Made by a program: the position numbers and the translations under genes | NCBI GenBank assembly: GCA_013239625.1 | Contig: MU053493.1 | Coordinates: forward strand, 2,365,793 to 2,429,792 | From: Lama guanicoe | Lineage: Eukaryota | Reading direction: 5' to 3' | Length of the DNA stretch: 64,000 bases | In this document: positions 42,201 through 51,812 of the stretch, one piece after another | How the letters are laid out: each line of letters begins with the position of its first letter | Numbering within the stretch: position 1 is the stretch's first letter | The notes under the pieces: generated by a model | Told to the model about the DNA's origin: nothing | The model's input: only the letters and a program-made list of their open reading frames with translations | The model's database searches: none

Positions 42201-45200
42201 TTTTTCTTGTTATATTCATTAGTTTTCATTTTTAGATTCCACATACAAGTGGCAACATACAGTATCTGTCTTTCTTCACCTGACTTATCTCAATAAGCAT
42301 CCTCTAGGTCCATCCATGCTGTTGCAAATGACAATTTCACTCCCTTTCTGAGCAGTACTCCACTGTATATAATGTATATACTGCATCTTCTTTGTCTGTC
42401 CATCTGCTGATGGACAGTTAGGTTGCTTCATATCTTAGCTATTGTAAATAATGCTGCCGTGAACACTGGTATGTATCTTTATGAATTACTATTTTTGTTT
42501 CCTTTGAATATATACTGAGAAATGGATTTGCTGGACCATAGGGTAGTTCTATTTTCAGTTTTTTGAGGAACGTCTGTATTGCTTTCAACAGTGTTGCACC
42601 AATTTATATTCCCACCAACACTGTAGGAGGGTTCTCTTTTCTCCACATCCTTACCAATACTTGTTATTCGTAGACCTCTTGATGACAGACATCCTGAGGA
42701 GTCCTAGGTATCCTGGGCTGATGTAAGCCCACTGGTGAGTGGGGACGGTGCCCAGGGGATCTCAGGGCTGAATGCCCACCACTGAGTGAAGCCAGGTCCC
42801 AGGGTCTCTGCCTGCAGGGCCCAGGGGTCCCAGAGCTGATGTGGAACCACTGGTGAGTGCAGCCAAGGCCCAGAGGGTCCTAGGGCTGGTGCCTGCCCAT
42901 CAGTGTGCGAGGCTGGCTGCAGCTCACAAGTGGGTACAGCCGGGTCCTGGGGTCTCTCGCTGCAAGGCCCTGGGGATCCTGGTGCTAATGAGTCAGAGGG
43001 AGGATTCCAAATGGCACTTGCTGGCACCAGTGTCCATATGGTAGAATGAGCTCCCCAAAATGGACACCACCACCATCTGCATCCCCAGGGTGAGCTGTGG
43101 TTGCCGCTGGCCTCTCCAGAGACTCCCCACGATCAGATAGGCAGTCTGACCTAGGCCCCTTTCAAATTACTGCTTCTGCCGTGGGTCCAGGAGCAGGTGA
43201 GATTTTGTGTGCGCCCTCTGAGAGTGAGGTCTCTATTTCCCACAGCCCTCTAGGTCTCCAGGAAGTAAGCCCCATTCGTCTTCAGAGCCAAACATTCTGG
43301 GGACTCGTCTTCCTGGTGCAGGACCCGACGGGGGAGCCTGATGTGGGCTCAGACCCCGCACTCCTAGCGGGGGACCGCTGTGACCGTAGCTGCCCTCCCC
43401 TCTGTGGGCCGCCCGCCCGCCCTCCTGTGGTTCCTTCTTTGTCTCTTCAGTTCTGGAAGATCCTTTCTGCTTCTGGTCTTGCTCATCCTAGCTGCTCTGT
43501 AAACAGCTGTAGTTCTGGTGCCTCTGAGAGGAGGTGAGCCCAGGGCTTTCAAACTACTTGGCCATCTTGGCCAACCCTCTCTCAAATGTCCCTCAACCTT
43601 TTAATTCTTTAGTATACAAATACTCGTTTAACCTTTCACATGATTCTTTTTCAGGAAATAAAAAAGTAGAACTGTCCAATTCATTCCTGAGCACTTACTC
43701 ATTTCTCAAAGAACTATAAAAAAATGTGCATTTTCTAAGGGAGAACATCTGAAACTAAAGAAAGTTGTGGGTATGTCAGGTGGACGGGGTGAACTCAGGA
43801 TCACCTTGGATGTAACCACCATCTCAAGCTACAGACCTGCAATTGCCAATACCAGCGCCACTATATGCAGGACTGCTGAGCACTTAAAATGTGGCCAGTC
43901 TTACCTGAAATGTGCTGAAATTGCAAGCTGTCAGTATGGAAAAAACCAAAGTACAGCATATCGATTTTTAAATATTAATTACATGCTAAAAACAGTATTT
44001 TAGATACACTGAGTTAAATAAGGTCCATGGTAAAATTAATTTCACCCATACTTTACATTTTTTAATGTGAAGAGTAGAAAAATTTTAATTATATATGCGG
44101 TTTGCATCACACTGCTACTGGACAATGCTGCTACAGATCTCCTAAGAGCGACTCTAGTGAACAGACCGACCTCCTATGAAATTAAGTTTTATTGGGCATA
44201 ACTAAGTGCCAAGCATTAAAGGGAGAAAAAACTAGTTATATCCTACCCTTAAGAAAACCACAATGTAATAGGAGATGGGTAGACAACTACTTGAGGTATA
44301 CATTCACCAGCCGCTGAGGACCAGGGGGGGAGATAAACTCCGCCAGCTAAGGAGCTCCACCTGCTTCTTTTCGGATAAAATCCCCAGGGCTTGGTACACA
44401 GTGGGGCACCAGGAAACAACTGAGCTTTGAAGAAGGAGCAGGATGTCAATGGTTTCCAGTATGCTAAGATGAAGAAACTTTCCTCTGAGGACGCAAACAG
44501 AAGGATGGGGCACTACAGAGGCATAGCATATATTATTCTGGACAGTAAACAGCAGTGCTGGAGTTCTAAATCACAGGATTTTTATTCTTTTACCTTCACC
44601 TTTCACGTAACTGACCATCAGATGTCAAGGAATACGAATTTGCCCTTAATTGGCCATACACAATATCTGTAACTCCAGGTTACCGCCAAAAGAACACAGG
44701 TCAAATTATCTCCATTTAATACTACTCCCGAAGCTCACTTGGCTGAATTCAAGGAGAATGACTTTCTCGTTCCTCTGTCAATGTTTCTTAAAAATGTAAT
44801 GCCAGAGGCCATGGCCCTCCGTTTCAAATACGCATTTTTAAAAATGCATATTAAGAGGAAAAAGAAAGAAAAAAATGTGTATCAGGGTCCTATCCCAGAC
44901 TAAATGACTGAGCATCTCTGGTGGTCAAGGAAGACCCAGTGGGCTTCTCTGTGCAGTACACCTGGCGCTAAGCTGTGCCTGCAGGCCAAATCTAGCTGGC
45001 TGCCCATTTTTCTAAATCAAGTTTCACTGGGACAGACACACCCATTTGCTTATCTACTCTCTATGGCTGTTTCTGCAATACAACTGCAGATCTGAGTAGC
45101 TGTGACCTGCAAGGCCTAAAACATTTATTTATTATTTGGCTCTTTACAGCCAAAGTTTGCTCACAATGTTCTAGATACTCTAAATTTTATTCTGCATCAA

Positions 45201-48200
45201 CTCAGAATACCAAAGGAAAGATATGTGAAAGTATAACTCTGCAGCCTCAGAGGATGAAGTCAACTGAATTATGCTTTGGCAGGAGTCTCGGGGCTTGCAG
45301 TGACAGGTCTATTTTTAGAAACCTTCAAAACCAATTCCTGGAGGGATGGTTGTTGAGGACGTCCATTCTGTCACTGTCTCTCTTTGATGAGGCCCAGAGG
45401 CAACACAGCTCTGTGTTCCCAGCACAACAGTGACCAGGTTTAAACACCAAAGAACTATGAATTACACACCCGTTTTATCTCTGCGTATTTTTTGATGACA
45501 TTTGACTGGGTTTGTCCTCCCCTCGGGGCAAAAGAAAGCTGCAACACAAGAAGAGCCCACAGCCTGGAGCTTACACTCATCTTCCAGACAGCAGTTCTCA
45601 GACTGCCCACGTATCACTACCACAGCTGTGATGAGCCAGTATGACATGTTTAACACATTCGGAAAATCAGATTCTGTTTTCTTTTCTCAACATTCAGGAT
45701 CTCCCCCTACTTTGTCTAAGCTAATGAGATACGGATCTGCAGTAAATAACTGAGCATTTTCCCACAACTGACAACACCACGAAGAGCAGCAGAAAGAGAT
45801 ACATACTTTAGCTAACTGAAGTGTCATATTTTATTTTGCTTATTTAAAAACTAAAAAGGTATTAGGAGAAAACAAATGTAATGTGATATGGTCAAATTAC
45901 ACCCATGGTCTCAAATGATCCGGCTTACACCTTAAGAAATTATAAAAAGAAGATCAATTTAAACCCAATGTAAGCAGAAAAAAATTTAACATTAAAATAA
46001 GAGCAGAAATCAATGAAATACAAGGCAGAAAACTAAAAATATCAATAAAAATAAAAGGTAGTATTTTGGGGAAAAAAAAATCAGTGAATTGTTAAGCCTC
46101 TAGCCAGGCTGACCAAGAAAGGAGACACAAATTACCAATATCAGAAATGAAACCCAGACCACCGATCCATACCCTAAAACATTACAGTAAGGGAATGTAT
46201 GGACAATTTTATGTCTACAAGTTTGACAATTTAGATAAAAGGGACAAATACTTTGAAAGATACAAACTACCAAAGCTACCCAAAAAAGTTCCCAAAAGCT
46301 AACAAATACATAATGTGAATAGTTACATAAAATTAAAGAAAATGAATTTATAGTTAAAAGCCTTCTCACAAAGAAAACTCTCGTACCAGATGGCCACAAT
46401 CGTGAATTCTACCGAATATTTAAGGGAGAAATAACTTCAGTTGTGCATTAACTCTACCAGAGAGCACCACAAGAAGGAATACTTCCTGCTTGTTTTGAGG
46501 CTAGCAGCTTTCCTCACTCCAAAACCAGATAAATACAAGAAAAAGTACTAATCTCTCTCATGAACACAGAAAAACACCTTCATGAAAACACTAGCAAATT
46601 AATCCAGCAATATATAAAATGAGTAATAGGTCGAATTTATCTTGGGAATAAAAGGCTGCTCAATATTCAAAAAGCACAAAATTGACCATACCAACAGACT
46701 AAAAAGAAAACTCATGACAATCTCAATCAATACTTGCAAAAAAAGCACCGGGCAAAATCCACCATCCATCCATGATTTAAAACAAAACAAAACAAACAAA
46801 CAAAAAACCCATCTCTCAGCAAAGCAAGTATAAAAGGGAATTTCCTCAACCTAATAAATGGCAAAACTGAAATACTGGGGAACTTCCTTAACCTCGCAAA
46901 GTGCATCTACACAAATCCTACTGCCAACATCATACTTACTGGTGAAAAAAAGGCTTTCATCTAAAATTTGGAATAAGGCAAGGTTGCCGGCTTACTGTAC
47001 CTATTCAACAGCAACCTGCAAGCCCGAGCATGTCATCAGAAAAGAGGAAATAAAACTGCCTCCATTCACAGATGACATGATTGTCAACACCGAAAAATGC
47101 CGAAGAATCTACAAAAAAAAGTTCCCAGAACTCGTAAGTTTAGAAAAGTAACAAGTTCACTATTAAAAAAAAATAAAATCAGTTGCATTTCTACATACTA
47201 ATGAACAATCAAAAACTGAAATTTAAAAAATACCATTTATAATGGCTCGGGGAAACATGAAATATACTTAACTAGAAATCTAACAAAATCTGCACAGAAT
47301 CTGTATATTTGAAAACTACACAACAGCAATAAAGGAAATGGAGAGAGATACCACATTCATCGTGTGGACTACTCAATAGTGTTGTCAATTTTCCCTAAGT
47401 TGATCTGTAGATTCAATGCAATCCCAATGAAAATCCTAACAGATTTTTTTCTTTGATACTTATTCTAAAATTCATATAGAAAGGCAAAAGAACTGGCCAA
47501 AACAATTAAAAATAATAATAAATTTAGAGGACTCACACTACTTGATTTTCACATTTAATATAAAGCTACAATAATCAAGGCAGAAAGACACACAGATCAA
47601 TAAAACAGACAAGGGAAAGACCCACACATATACGGTCACTGATTTTTGAAAAAGTAGAAAGCAACTAAATGAAGAAAGGATAACCTTTTCAAAAAATTGG
47701 ACAGCTGTATTAAAAAAAAAATCCCTGCCTTTACCTCTTAATACAAACAAAGTGTAATCTAAACAAACAAACAGAAAAAAACTTCCAGAAGAAAACAACA
47801 GGAAAAATATTTGGGACCTTGGGTTTGGCAAAGACTTCTTAGATACAAAACCAAAAGCAAAATCAATAAAAGCAAAAACTAACAAACTGGACATTATCAA
47901 AACTTAAAACTTATGCTCTATAAAAGATACTGTTAAGAGAAGGAAAAAGGCAAGTCACAGAATGAGAAAAAATATTTATTTGAAAAATAATAACCTGATA
48001 AAGAACTTTTATCCAGAAGATATGAAAAGCTCTTAAAACTCAAGAAGTGACAACTTCTGTGCCCCAAGGGACACAATCAACAGAGAGCAAAGGTCACCCA
48101 AGGAATGGTAAAAAACATTTACAAGTCATATATCTGATAAGGGGTTAATTACCAGAAAATAAAAACTCCTACAACTCAACAAATAAAAACCAAATAACCC

Positions 48201-50704
48201 AACTGAAAAATGGACAAGGGAACTGTGAATAGACGGTAAACTTAATATTGTGTATATGTTACCACAGTTTAAAAAAAAAGTATAAAAATTAATAAACAGA
48301 AACTTCAATTAAAATAGAGCTGGGAGGCCAGAAAGGAGAGCCTCCCAAGCACTGTGCGATTAGCAGAGCCGAGGGGAAGACAGATCTCCTCTCCTTGCCT
48401 GGCAAGAGCTCAGCCAGTGAGACACTGCCAAACTCAGCCAATGAAAACCCACTACACTCCGAATTCTCAATTCTGCCAATGGACTCTTTGTTTACTGCAC
48501 TCTTCCAAATTCCCGTTCCCCTCTACAAAAGAGTCCTCCTCTCCATTTCTGCTGGGGTCTTGCACTATGTCTCCCAAGGGTTGCAGACCCTAAATTGCAA
48601 TTCTTTGCTGATCCCAAGTAAAACTATTTTGCTGGAGAAATAACTGGCAGTCTACTTGTTTAAGGTCAATGTAAGAAAACAAACAACGCAATTAAAAACG
48701 GGAAAAAGATGTGAACACATTTTACCATGGAAGATACATGGATGACAACTAAGCACAGAAACAGATACTCAACATTATTAGTCTTTAGAGAACTACAAAT
48801 GAAAACCTCGATGACGTACCACTATGCATCTATTAGAACAGCTAAAATTAAGGAGGGAAAAAACCCAACCCTGGTAATACCAAGAGGTGGTGAGGATACA
48901 AACCACTGGAGCTTTAGGCATTGCTGGTGGGGACGTAAATGTAGTTTGACAGCTTCTAACAAAAGTTAAAACATTCACTTACAGAAAATCCACAGCAATT
49001 CCACTCTGAGGTATTTAACCAAGAGAAAAAATTTCTGTTCATACAAAAACCTGTACACTAGAGCAGATTTATTCATAATCACCAAAAACTGGAAACAGCC
49101 CCAATGTATCAAGACTGGAGAATAAAAAAGCAGATTATCCTACACTCATACGATGGAATGCTCCTTAGCAGTAGGAGGGAACTAGCTACAGACGCTAGTA
49201 ACATGATGGCGAAATCTCACATGCATCAGGCCAAGAAGCCAGCATCAAAAGGCTGCGCATTGTATCAGTTCATGACTGTTCCAACATGACATTCTGGAAC
49301 AGAAATGACATCAGTGGTCGCCAAGTGCTGGAGGTGAGGGGACAGAGTCACTATAAATGACACAAGGGAAAGGTTCAGGGTGATGGAACTCTTCTCTGTT
49401 TTGTTTGTAGCGGTGCTTATATGACTGTTATCTGACTGTAAGTGTTTGTCAGACTCAGGACCATACACTAGGATGAATAGTACTATGCGTAAATTGTATT
49501 GATAAAAATAATAAACGTATTAAGCAAATAAATGCAATGTAAAAAAAATCAAATTAGTCTCTTGCAACCAGCCAATTAAACATTTTTAAGGTACAAAGGT
49601 ATAAATTTAATTTGATTTAAATATGCTACCTATCAGCACATTTCACACAGGCCATACCTTAGCTCTAGAAATTAAAAGTCCAGGTTAGTATTATTTAACG
49701 ATTCCTTTCACCACTTAGGGAGACACACACAAAAAATCGGCTCTATCTTATCTGAAATCACTGGTTTTTAATAATTAATTTATCCATGATCTATCATGCG
49801 CAGATTCAAACACTCAGGAGATAATCAGGGCAGGGTTCAGGAACATGATTTTCCCAGTTCCGTTTCCCTACTAATGGAGTTAGCTGGGAGAAATAGTTAA
49901 GCGTGAAATATTTAAATATCCCCTAATCTTTTCCCGTACCTTCCCTAAGGAGAAGGAAGGGTAGTCAGCAGAGTCAGCTCCCAGCAAAGGGAGGGAAGGG
50001 GAGACTGGTGGGAGCACTACTTGGTGTCAAGCATGATTAGGTGACATTAGCTCCATTTTAACCAAGGCATTAGAAGCATGTTGGCTCACTCGCCCATTTC
50101 TAAAGGGAATCACGGAGCACTAGGATTCAAATTCAGGGCGGTCTCCTTTCAGACAAAGCTCTTACTCTCACCACCTTCTTGCGGTTTGCTTTCTGCCCAG
50201 CTGCAACTGTTTAAGCAAAGCTTGGGTCCACATGCTTCAAATCAACGAGCACCTTTTAAGATTTTATTGCTCACAAGACTCTGTTCGATTCTAAATCCCA
50301 AGCCTACAATACATGTACGTACACTCAGAAAGGCTGAAACAGTTTACAATTTCCACCAACGTACAGTGTCTTTTATCTGATCACTCAAAATTATAAAAAT
50401 AAATCACTTCATTTCTTCAGTTGTGATTAAAAACAGCATATACAAATAACCACCAAAAGGATATGTGAAAAAGTAATCATGTTCACTTTTGACCTTAATA
50501 AAGAATTTATTGCAACTCGAACTGTAAACAAAGGGATATAGAAAAGTTCTTCCCCTCTCCTCTGGCTTCCTGACATGTGGCTTTCCTCTATTGTTCCCCA
50601 AGCCTCCCGTATCCTGAGTTAAACACACAGCACTCACTCCAACTCACCCTGTGAAGCGTCACCGTGTGCTGTTCCCATATAGCTGTTTCCTCCATTGCTG
50701 TGTT
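169..50704 (-). CDS. TJP1: Tight junction protein ZO-1, partial multi-exon CDS (exons 2-18 in human numbering; about aa 10-804)
   Basis: 17 exons spliced by hand give a continuous 2385-nt frame from [19 protein letters not shown] to [10 protein letters not shown], matching ZO-1 as I recall it. All introns are GT-AG with consistent phases. The gene continues off both window edges. Confidence 0.99.
557..767 (-). CDS. TJP1: TJP1 exon 17 (211 nt), [10 protein letters not shown]...NHHLFT, GUK
   Basis: ctccag|GAC...ACAA|gtgagt; ORF 525..791. Confidence 0.97.
1387..1469 (-). CDS. TJP1: TJP1 exon 16 (83 nt), [10 protein letters not shown]...KQIIDQ, GUK
   Basis: gaatag|AA...CAA|gtaagt. Confidence 0.97.
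1722..2300 (+). mobile_element. hAT-Tip100 DNA transposon remnants (MER96B-like end followed by a decayed transposase C-terminus)
   Basis: ggactagagggaggggagtgaggcacctgcctcaggtgcaaaat resembles the MER96 terminus; 1938-2053 translates with one frameshift to [18 protein letters not shown].../[18 protein letters not shown]. Confidence 0.65.
3470..3670 (+). mobile_element. MIR SINE remnant
   Basis: gccctggactggagcaggaagagctggggtcaaagcc resembles the MIR 5' region. Confidence 0.5.
3875..3970 (-). CDS. TJP1: TJP1 exon 15 (96 nt), [14 protein letters not shown]...IYQIA, GUK
   Basis: ccccag|CT...GCGA|gtaagt. Confidence 0.97.
4073..4257 (-). CDS. TJP1: TJP1 exon 14 (185 nt), AEQLASVQY...YERVVLRE, U5 region into GUK
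   Basis: gtccag|A...GAAG|gtggtt; ORF 4050..4265. Confidence 0.97.
4516..4735 (-). CDS. TJP1: TJP1 exon 13 (220 nt), [16 protein letters not shown]...GIIPNKN, SH3
   Basis: ttgtag|TT...ACAG|gtaaga. Confidence 0.97.
5060..5288. mobile_element. MER20 (hAT-Charlie) non-autonomous DNA transposon
   Basis: Core gtgctactgacatctggtgagtagaggccag, end tgagaaaccctg; 8-bp TSD ttctaaac/ttctaaat. Confidence 0.85.
5688..5796 (-). CDS. TJP1: TJP1 exon 12 (109 nt), [10 protein letters not shown]...AQKKKD, end of PDZ3
   Basis: taacag|GTA...GATG|gtgaga. Confidence 0.97.
7744..7894 (-). CDS. TJP1: TJP1 exon 11 (151 nt), [16 protein letters not shown]...DQILR, PDZ3
   Basis: taacag|G...AGG|gtacgt; ORF 7702..7887. 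Confidence 0.97.
10021..10249. mobile_element. MER20 (hAT-Charlie), second copy
   Basis: gtgctactggcagctagtggccaggaatgctgttaa...aattatctgtccccaaatgtc is homologous to the 5060 copy. Confidence 0.75.
10564..10669 (-). CDS. TJP1: TJP1 exon 10 (106 nt), [11 protein letters not shown]...HEDGIL
   Basis: ttttag|AA...CG|gtatgt; ORF 10491..10898. Confidence 0.97.
11507..11646 (-). CDS. TJP1: TJP1 exon 9 (140 nt), [13 protein letters not shown]...QAPALP
   Basis: catatag|T...CCAG|gtaagc; ORF 11364..11759; the acceptor has a poor pyrimidine tract. Confidence 0.96.
11830..15050 (+). mobile_element. Old degenerate L1 (L1ME/L1M-type) ORF2 fragments, interrupted by a younger L1
   Basis: A-rich with L1 ORF2 motifs such as gggaaatgcaaatacaaacaa and caatcccactcttgaattta; boundaries approximate. 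Confidence 0.6.
13109..13629 (+). mobile_element. 5'-truncated lineage L1 3' end with poly(A)
   Basis: atgccatttgcagcaacatggatggacctagag...cttcaattg plus A-tail; TSD agaaattcagtctgag (13093-13108) / agaaattcaatgtgag (13630-13645), 14/16 identical. Confidence 0.9.
16476..16773. mobile_element. MER33 (hAT-Charlie)
   Basis: taatcaatataaattattaatgag...gactggccacacttcagaggctcagcag...gcagagcag. Confidence 0.75.
17807..17968. mobile_element. MER58A (hAT-Charlie), internally eroded
   Basis: ggcaaactttttctgt...ggccggccctg; TSD tcctagac/ctctagac. Confidence 0.7.
18400..18600 (-). mobile_element. MIR SINE
   Basis: Core gaaaatgaggaaactaaagcacagagaggttccaaggtcacgca. Confidence 0.8.
20135..20290. mobile_element. 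hAT-Charlie MER103C-like remnant
   Basis: tgtgcatttttctggagagaagagtcaatttccttcagactctccaatggg. Confidence 0.5.
20455..20628. mobile_element. MER58A (hAT-Charlie)
   Basis: gcctaaaatatttactatttggctttttatgaaaaagtttgac. Confidence 0.7.
20786..20933 (-). CDS. TJP1: TJP1 exon 8 (148 nt), [11 protein letters not shown]...QQPSNG
   Basis: taacag|AC...GGCAG|gtaatc. Confidence 0.97.
21226..21394 (-). CDS. TJP1: TJP1 exon 7 (169 nt), [10 protein letters not shown]...NASERD, end of PDZ2
   Basis: ttgcag|ATA...GACG|gtgagt; ORF 21149..21400. Confidence 0.97.
21985..22088 (-). CDS. TJP1: TJP1 exon 6 (104 nt), [13 protein letters not shown]...DVVLK, PDZ2
   Basis: tttcag|AA...AAG|gtatag. Confidence 0.97.
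23200..24620. mobile_element. L2 remnants with a nested short L1 3' end (about 23775-23965)
   Basis: L2-like gtcagagaagtcctccctgaggag and taagataaagactgaaaa; L1 3'UTR-like ttgtggtgattgtttcacagtg...cctcaatgaag. Confidence 0.55.
25306..25582 (-). CDS. TJP1: TJP1 exon 5 (277 nt), TIRRKKK...KSRKNE, U1 linker and start of PDZ2
   Basis: ctgtag|ACC...GAAG|gtattt; overlaps ORF 25172..25549. Confidence 0.97.
26050..28770 (+). mobile_element. L1 5' portion: tandem-repeat 5'UTR, decayed ORF1 (about 26732-27600), inter-ORF and ORF2 endonuclease region; 3' half absent
   Basis: 5'UTR repeats with ccaccagtggg; ORF1 start aaaatgaggtgacagaggaatatgttccaaatgaagg; EN motif IITLNVNG at about 28085 and SDHN near 28705; many stops and frameshifts. 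Confidence 0.9.
32173..32275 (-). CDS. TJP1: TJP1 exon 4 (103 nt), [10 protein letters not shown]...GKNAKI, PDZ1
   Basis: ccttag|G...ATT|gtaagt. Confidence 0.97.
32959..33083 (-). CDS. TJP1: TJP1 exon 3 (125 nt), [13 protein letters not shown]...EGQL, PDZ1
   Basis: ctttag|GCT...CA|gtaagc; contains the GFGF carboxylate-binding loop. Confidence 0.97.
33990..34575 (+). mobile_element. L1MB-type 3' end
   Basis: ccagcaattccactcctagg...aaatgtccattaact...ggtgatggtcacacaactctgtgaatatattaaaaaccactgaattgtac...caataaagct. Confidence 0.85.
35569..35625. repeat. Interrupted (TG)n microsatellite
   Basis: Read directly. Confidence 0.95.
35985..36145. mobile_element. MER5-type hAT-Charlie remnant
   Basis: cctcccaagtgaatctaacaggtagccagggctgagaa. 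Confidence 0.55.
37400..38700 (+). mobile_element. HAL1 or old L1 ORF1-type remnant
   Basis: About 37865-37915 translates to [17 protein letters not shown], similar to the ORF1 motif EDRxRRxNIxIxGVPE; no ORF2 follows. Confidence 0.6.
39850..39886. repeat. (TG)n microsatellite
   Basis: Read directly. Confidence 0.95.
40565..41760 (-). mobile_element. L1MB-type 3' portion, sense to TJP1
   Basis: aaaatgtacaattcagt...tgtgcaaccatca...gaaatgtctattcaaa...tctggatacaagttccttatcagat. Confidence 0.85.
41960..43611 (-). mobile_element. Internally deleted L1 (5'UTR fused to ORF2 end and 3'UTR), sense to TJP1
   Basis: 5' end ccaagatggcc at about 43560-43572; junction at 42697/42698; T-rich tail near 41960; candidate TSD gtatacaatactgttt / gtatacaaatactcgttt. 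Confidence 0.85.
43839..44130. mobile_element. MER33 (hAT-Charlie), opposite orientation to the 16476 copy
   Basis: ctgagcacttaaaatgtggccagtc...aaaattaatttcacc...tggacaatgctg. Confidence 0.75.
44955..45168. mobile_element. MER58A (hAT-Charlie), opposite orientation to the 17807 copy
   Basis: gcctgcaggccaaatctagc...gcctaaaacattt...tttggctctttacagccaaagtttgc. Confidence 0.75.
45870..49550 (+). mobile_element. Old L1 ORF2 and 3'UTR (L1M/L1MC-type) with nested insertions
   Basis: agagcagaaatcaatgaaata; RT motif remnant ttcacagatgacatgatt (FTDDMI) at about 47066; many lesions. Confidence 0.85.
48281..48671 (+). mobile_element. ERV1-class solo LTR (MER34/MER39-like)
   Basis: About 390 bp non-L1 insert with CCAAT boxes (cagccaatga, tgccaatgg), a TATA-like ctacaaaag, poly(A)-like agtaaa, end tttaaggtcaa; possible 4-bp TSD aaag/taag. 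Confidence 0.7.
50648..50704 (-). CDS. TJP1: TJP1 exon 2 (57 nt), [19 protein letters not shown]
   Basis: tttaccag|AAC...AGG|gtgagt; phase 0/0; start of PDZ1; not in the ORF track. Confidence 0.97.
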
Positions 50705-51691
50705 CTGGTAAAGAAAAAGAAAAACAAGTAATTACCTTTTAAGACAAGGTCTTTAACAGAGTGAATGAGAACATCCAGCAAACAATTTAGCACACTGCAA
50801 GACCAAGATCCATAGTTTTAATACTAGATACTCTGAGAAGGGTTTAATAATTATACGAGGGTTTTGCTTGCTTTTGTTTTTGTTTTAAGAGACAGGAAAC
50901 TACACACAGGAACTTCCTTTGTTTTTAACTTAATTTGGACAGATGCCACTCTATAGTCATTTCATGCCAGCTGCAATCAGTGTTCAAGCTAATTCTGCAA
51001 CTTTATACTTAACATCAGATAGAAAAGAATAAAAGTTGGAATGGTATTTTTTAAATATCTAACGCTACATAAAAACACTGCAAAGCATTCCTTACATTGT
51101 GCAAAGGAAGGAAAAGTCAAACATCTATGAACCCAGCAATTAAAAATATCCATGATATAGGAAAACAGGTAAGACCATTAGATAGGTTTGGTCAGTGGTT
51201 TCAGTATCAGGTAAAACGCTACTGCTCCACCTAGTTTCAGTTTTACTGCAGAATTACCTTCTCAAGATTTCTTTATAACACTGAAAAATAAAAAATTTTA
51301 AAAAAAGGCTTTCCTAGTATACATCTCATGCACACACGCCCATGCCATACAGAAGAGAAAAACAAATAAACAATTCCAACCCCTGCCCCCAAGAACTGTC
51401 TTAAAATTAAAGTGATTCAACTTCCAACAGAGGTGCTACTCAAACATCAGTGAAGTTCAGGTTCCTCCCCTGTCAAAAACTTCTTACAAAAGAGGGAATC
51501 AAATGACTACCCAAGGGGTGAGCACTGAAGAATTCAAAGTATATTTCTTATACATTGGGTGAATTGCTCTTGGAGGCCTAAAGTGATTCAATCTCTTTTA
51601 ATGTTAACCATCTTCTGGAATTGGGGTTCCTAAACATACATATATTTACAGTTTTTAAAAAGATTTTGCAAAAAATAAATTTAAAAAAAGG

Positions 51692-51812
51692 AGGAGGAGG
51701 AGGATATAGCTCAGCAGTACTGTGTGTGCTTAGCATGCACAAGGTCTTGGTTTCAATCCCAGTATCTCTTCTAAAAATAAATAAATGAATAAACCTAATT
51801 ACCTCCCCCCTC
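51692..51812 (+). mobile_element. tRNA-derived camelid SINE (vic-1 type)
   Basis: A box tatagctcagcag, B box ggtttcaatccc, tail aataaacctaattacctccccc; TSD aaaaaaagg on both sides. Confidence 0.85.

Noticed and set aside
42704..43585. ORFs of 107 and 146 aa in a GC-rich stretch; possible CpG-island promoter or TJP1 exon 1
   Set aside because: The sequence is L1 5'UTR, and the MSARAAAAK first exon is not found there or elsewhere in the window.
169..50704. Possible U12-type or non-canonical introns, or pseudogenising lesions in TJP1
   Set aside because: All 16 internal introns are GT-AG without the U12 GTATCC donor, and exon lengths and frames are intact.
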